DNA of 63,464 nt, filler included, from Octopus bimaculoides (taxonomy: Eukaryota): assembly GCF_001194135.2 (NCBI RefSeq). It is 7 parts of 7 records of this genome, joined end to end, with 100 filler letters (N's around TTAATTAATTAA, not from the genome) between each part and the next. Parts side by side here need not be neighbours in the genome. Positions count along the whole stretch, not along the records: positions 60,112 to 62,110 come from NW_026424083.1; positions 62,211 to 63,464 come from NW_026346130.1; 5 more parts are not named here. One strand, written 5' to 3'. How positions within the stretch are numbered: the first letter of the stretch is position 1; each line of letters starts with the position of its first letter. The translations under genes were made by a program, and so were the position numbers. This document shows positions 60,808 to 63,464 of this stretch, in pieces. Under the pieces are notes generated by a model. The model was not told the origin of the DNA. It was given only the letters and a program-made list of their open reading frames with translations, and ran no database searches.

Positions 60808-60915
60808 GGCGGTGAGCTGCCAGAATCGTTAGCAAGCCGGGCAAATTGCTTAGTGGCATTTCGTCCGTCTTTACGTTCCGAGTTCAAATTCTGCGGCGGT
60901 CGTCTTTGCTTTGCT
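60808..60915 (+). mobile_element. SINE family B, 5' part
   Basis: GGCGGTGAGCTGCCAGAATCGTTAGC...GAGTTCAAATTCTGC. Confidence 0.75.
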
Positions 60916-61527
60916 TTGCTTTTCGTCCTTACATTTATATTTAAAAGCCATTTAAGAAACACACACAAAAAACCGTTAGATTCACTTCAACATTTAAATT
61001 TAATTTGCCNNNNNNNNNNNNNNNNNNNNNNNNNNNNNNNNNNNNNNNNNNNNNNNNNNNNNNNNNNNNNNNNNNNNNNNNNNNNNNNNNNNNNNNNNNN
61101 NNNNNNNNNNNNNNNNNNNNNNNNNNNNNNNNNNNNNNNNNNNNNNNNNNNNNNNNNNNNNNNNNNNNNNNNNNNNNNNNNNNNNNNNNNNNNNNNNNNN
61201 NNNNNNNNNNNNNNNNNNNNNNNNNNNNNNNNNNNNNNNNNNNNNNNNNNNNNNNNNNNNNNNNNNNNNNNNNNNNNNNNNNNNNNNNNNNNNNNNNNNN
61301 NNNNNNNNNNNNNNNNNNNNNNNNNNNNNNNNNNNNNNNNNNNNNNNNNNNNNNNNNNNNNNNNNNNNNNNNNNNNNNNNNNNNNNNNNNNNNNNNNNNN
61401 NNNNNNNNNNNNNNNNNNNNNNNACTCTAGGCACAAAGCCTGAATATATATATACGAGTAAGTAGACAAACGAAAGAAGGGTCTGTATATATGTATGTAT
61501 GTATGCATCTGTCTGTCTGTGTGTCTG

Positions 61528-61579
<52 letters not shown>

Positions 61580-62067
61580 AGTATTTAAGAAAAAGGAGAG
61601 ATATTAATAAATAAAATGTTTAACAAGCTGCATTCTACCATTTTGACTGTGTTTCTATCATTTCACTATCTCGTCTCTCGTCTTAAAAGAAGGACAAAAC
61701 AACAAAGAATTAAAAAAAAAAAAAAGAAAAAGAAAGGAAATTGCTTTCTGCAATGACGAATCGTACCATTGATAATGTTTCTTTGCAACCAATGCTTATC
61801 TGATAGAATCGCTCAAAGGTCGAGGAACTCATGCGAAATATAGGACGCAGATTTACGAATTCTCTTGACAGTTTTCTACCTGTGTTACGTATATTTATTG
61901 GCCAAGCAATCATTTGCTGACCGTATAAAAGACGCCATCTTTTTTTTTAATGTGCGTATGTATGTGAGAGAGAAAGTCATAGGCGCGTAATCAATGTGCA
62001 ACATATATGCACGCAGCCATTAAGAATGTTTCTGCAGCTTCGTAAGATAAATGCATGCGAATGTAAC

Positions 62068-62110
<43 letters not shown>

Positions 62111-62212
62111 NNNNNNNNNNNNNNNNNNNNNNNNNNNNNNNNNNNNNNNNNNNNTTAATTAATTAANNNNNNNNNNNNNNNNNNNNNNNNNNNNNNNNNN
62201 NNNNNNNNNNGA

Positions 62213-62530
62213 GAGCCAGTCAGGGGGAACTGGCATCGACCACGTTCGGATAGTGCTTTTTATGTGCCACCAGCACGGGAGCCAGTCAGGCGAACCTGGA
62301 ATTGACCACATTCGGATGGTGCTTTTTACATGGCACTGGCACGAGAGCCAGTCAGGGGGAACTGGCATCGACCACGTTCGCATAGTGCTTTTTATGTGCC
62401 ACCAGCATGGGAGCCAGTCAGGCGGACCTGGTATCAACCACGTTCGGATGGTGCTTTTTACGTGCCACCGGCATGGGAGCCCGTCAGGGGGAACTGGCAT
62501 TGACCATGTTTGGATGATGCATTTTTTGTG
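62213..62530. repeat. 66-bp GC-rich tandem repeat, about 4.8 units, alternating A/B variants (5' end in gap)
   Basis: GAGCC(A/C)GTCAGG starts at 62213, 62279, 62345, 62411 and 62477. Confidence 0.95.
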
Positions 62531-62539
62531 GACGTTATA

Positions 62540-63360
62540 AACAATTATGGTGATAATGTATGTGTGTAACCTTGTCTGGGCGTCACACGATGGTGGTAAA
62601 TCAGCATCACCAACATACAAGCAGGGTCGTTCGATCTTAATCTTCCATGAGAAACATGTGGTTATAGGAAGTATTACCTTGCTTGGAAACAAGTGAGGAT
62701 TGGTGACAGGAAGGGTATCCCGGCCTTAGAAAATCCATCTCAACAAGTTTCATTTGACCCATGGGAACTTGGATGAGTGGACCTTAAAAAGGATTATGAT
62801 GATAGTGTGTATGTATGTGTACCCTTGTCTAGACAGCAGATGATGGCTGTAAACGAGCCTCACCAACACACAACCAGTGTTGTTTGTTCTTAATCTTCCC
62901 CCAAAATATGTCGTGTCATGTGGAAATATCACCTTACTTAAAAAACAGGTGAGGGTTGGAGACAGAAAGAGCATCTAGCCGCAGGTTTCCATCCAACCCA
63001 TGCAAGCGTGGAAAAGTGGATGCTAAAATGATCCTGATGACAACGTGTGTCTGAGTGTGGGCCAGAGCATGTTAGTGACAACCCTCGTCTAGACAATCAT
63101 ATGATTGTCCAGATGATGCTTGTTTACAACCACCAGGTGATTGATGGTTGTAAACGTGACTCACCATCATACAAGCAGTGTGGTTCACTCATAATTTTCC
63201 GTGAGAAACACGTGTGGCTACAGGAAGTATTACCTTGCTTAGAATCAGGAGAGGGTTGGTGACAGGGAAGGTGTCCCAGCCTTTGGAAAATCTACCCCTG
63301 ACAAATTCTGTTTAACCAATGTGAGCATGGAAAAGTGGACATTAAAATGACGGTGATGAT
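62540..63360 (+). mobile_element. Three tandem diverged copies of another SINE-like repeat (family H)
   Basis: GGAAGTATTACCTTGCTT...G(T/G)TGGTGACAGG(G)AAGG...CC(A/G)GCC...GAAAAT...GTGGA recurs at about 62670, 62930 and 63225, each ending in (GAT)n. A related motif occurs at 58155. Confidence 0.7.
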
Positions 63361-63409
63361 ATAAATACACACACACACACACACACACACACATGCATCT
63401 ATGTATATG

Positions 63410-63464
<55 letters not shown>

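Noticed and set aside
62213-62530. CRISPR-like array or a real repeat protein
   Set aside because: There are no unique spacers and the context is eukaryotic. The open frames follow from the 66-nt unit lacking stops, with no start or splice support.
408-63464. Most ORFs in the supplied track (YIYI, HTHT, CVCV, poly-N/K/T/D and X-filled ORFs)
   Set aside because: They are translations of microsatellites or run through N gaps, and show no domain content.

Overview
AT-rich, microsatellite- and gap-rich animal genomic scaffold. It is most likely octopus or another coleoid cephalopod, inferred from the SINE families, the (TA)n/(CA)n density and a KRAB-less tandem C2H2 zinc-finger gene; no database search was run. 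The only intact protein-coding region is a single-exon 492-aa zinc-finger CDS (54141-55619, +) with 14 tandem C2H2 fingers and one N-terminal C2HC finger. The rest is mostly mobile DNA: at least five SINE families, LINE remnants (RTE, CRE-type RLE, R4/Dong-type RLE, L1/Tx1-type ORF1), a palindromic mariner derivative, and MITEs with recognisable TIRs/TSDs. The most notable signal is a set of type I hammerhead-ribozyme motifs (CUGANGA...GAAA...GUH) in at least four unrelated Penelope-like or SINE-like repeat families. Two of them (33302-33362 + and 36911-36952 -) have complete catalytic cores and perfect stem I pairing, and one sits inside a tRNA-headed SINE. Almost all ORFs in the supplied track are artefacts of microsatellites or N runs. 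No rRNA, true tRNA gene or CRISPR array is supported.
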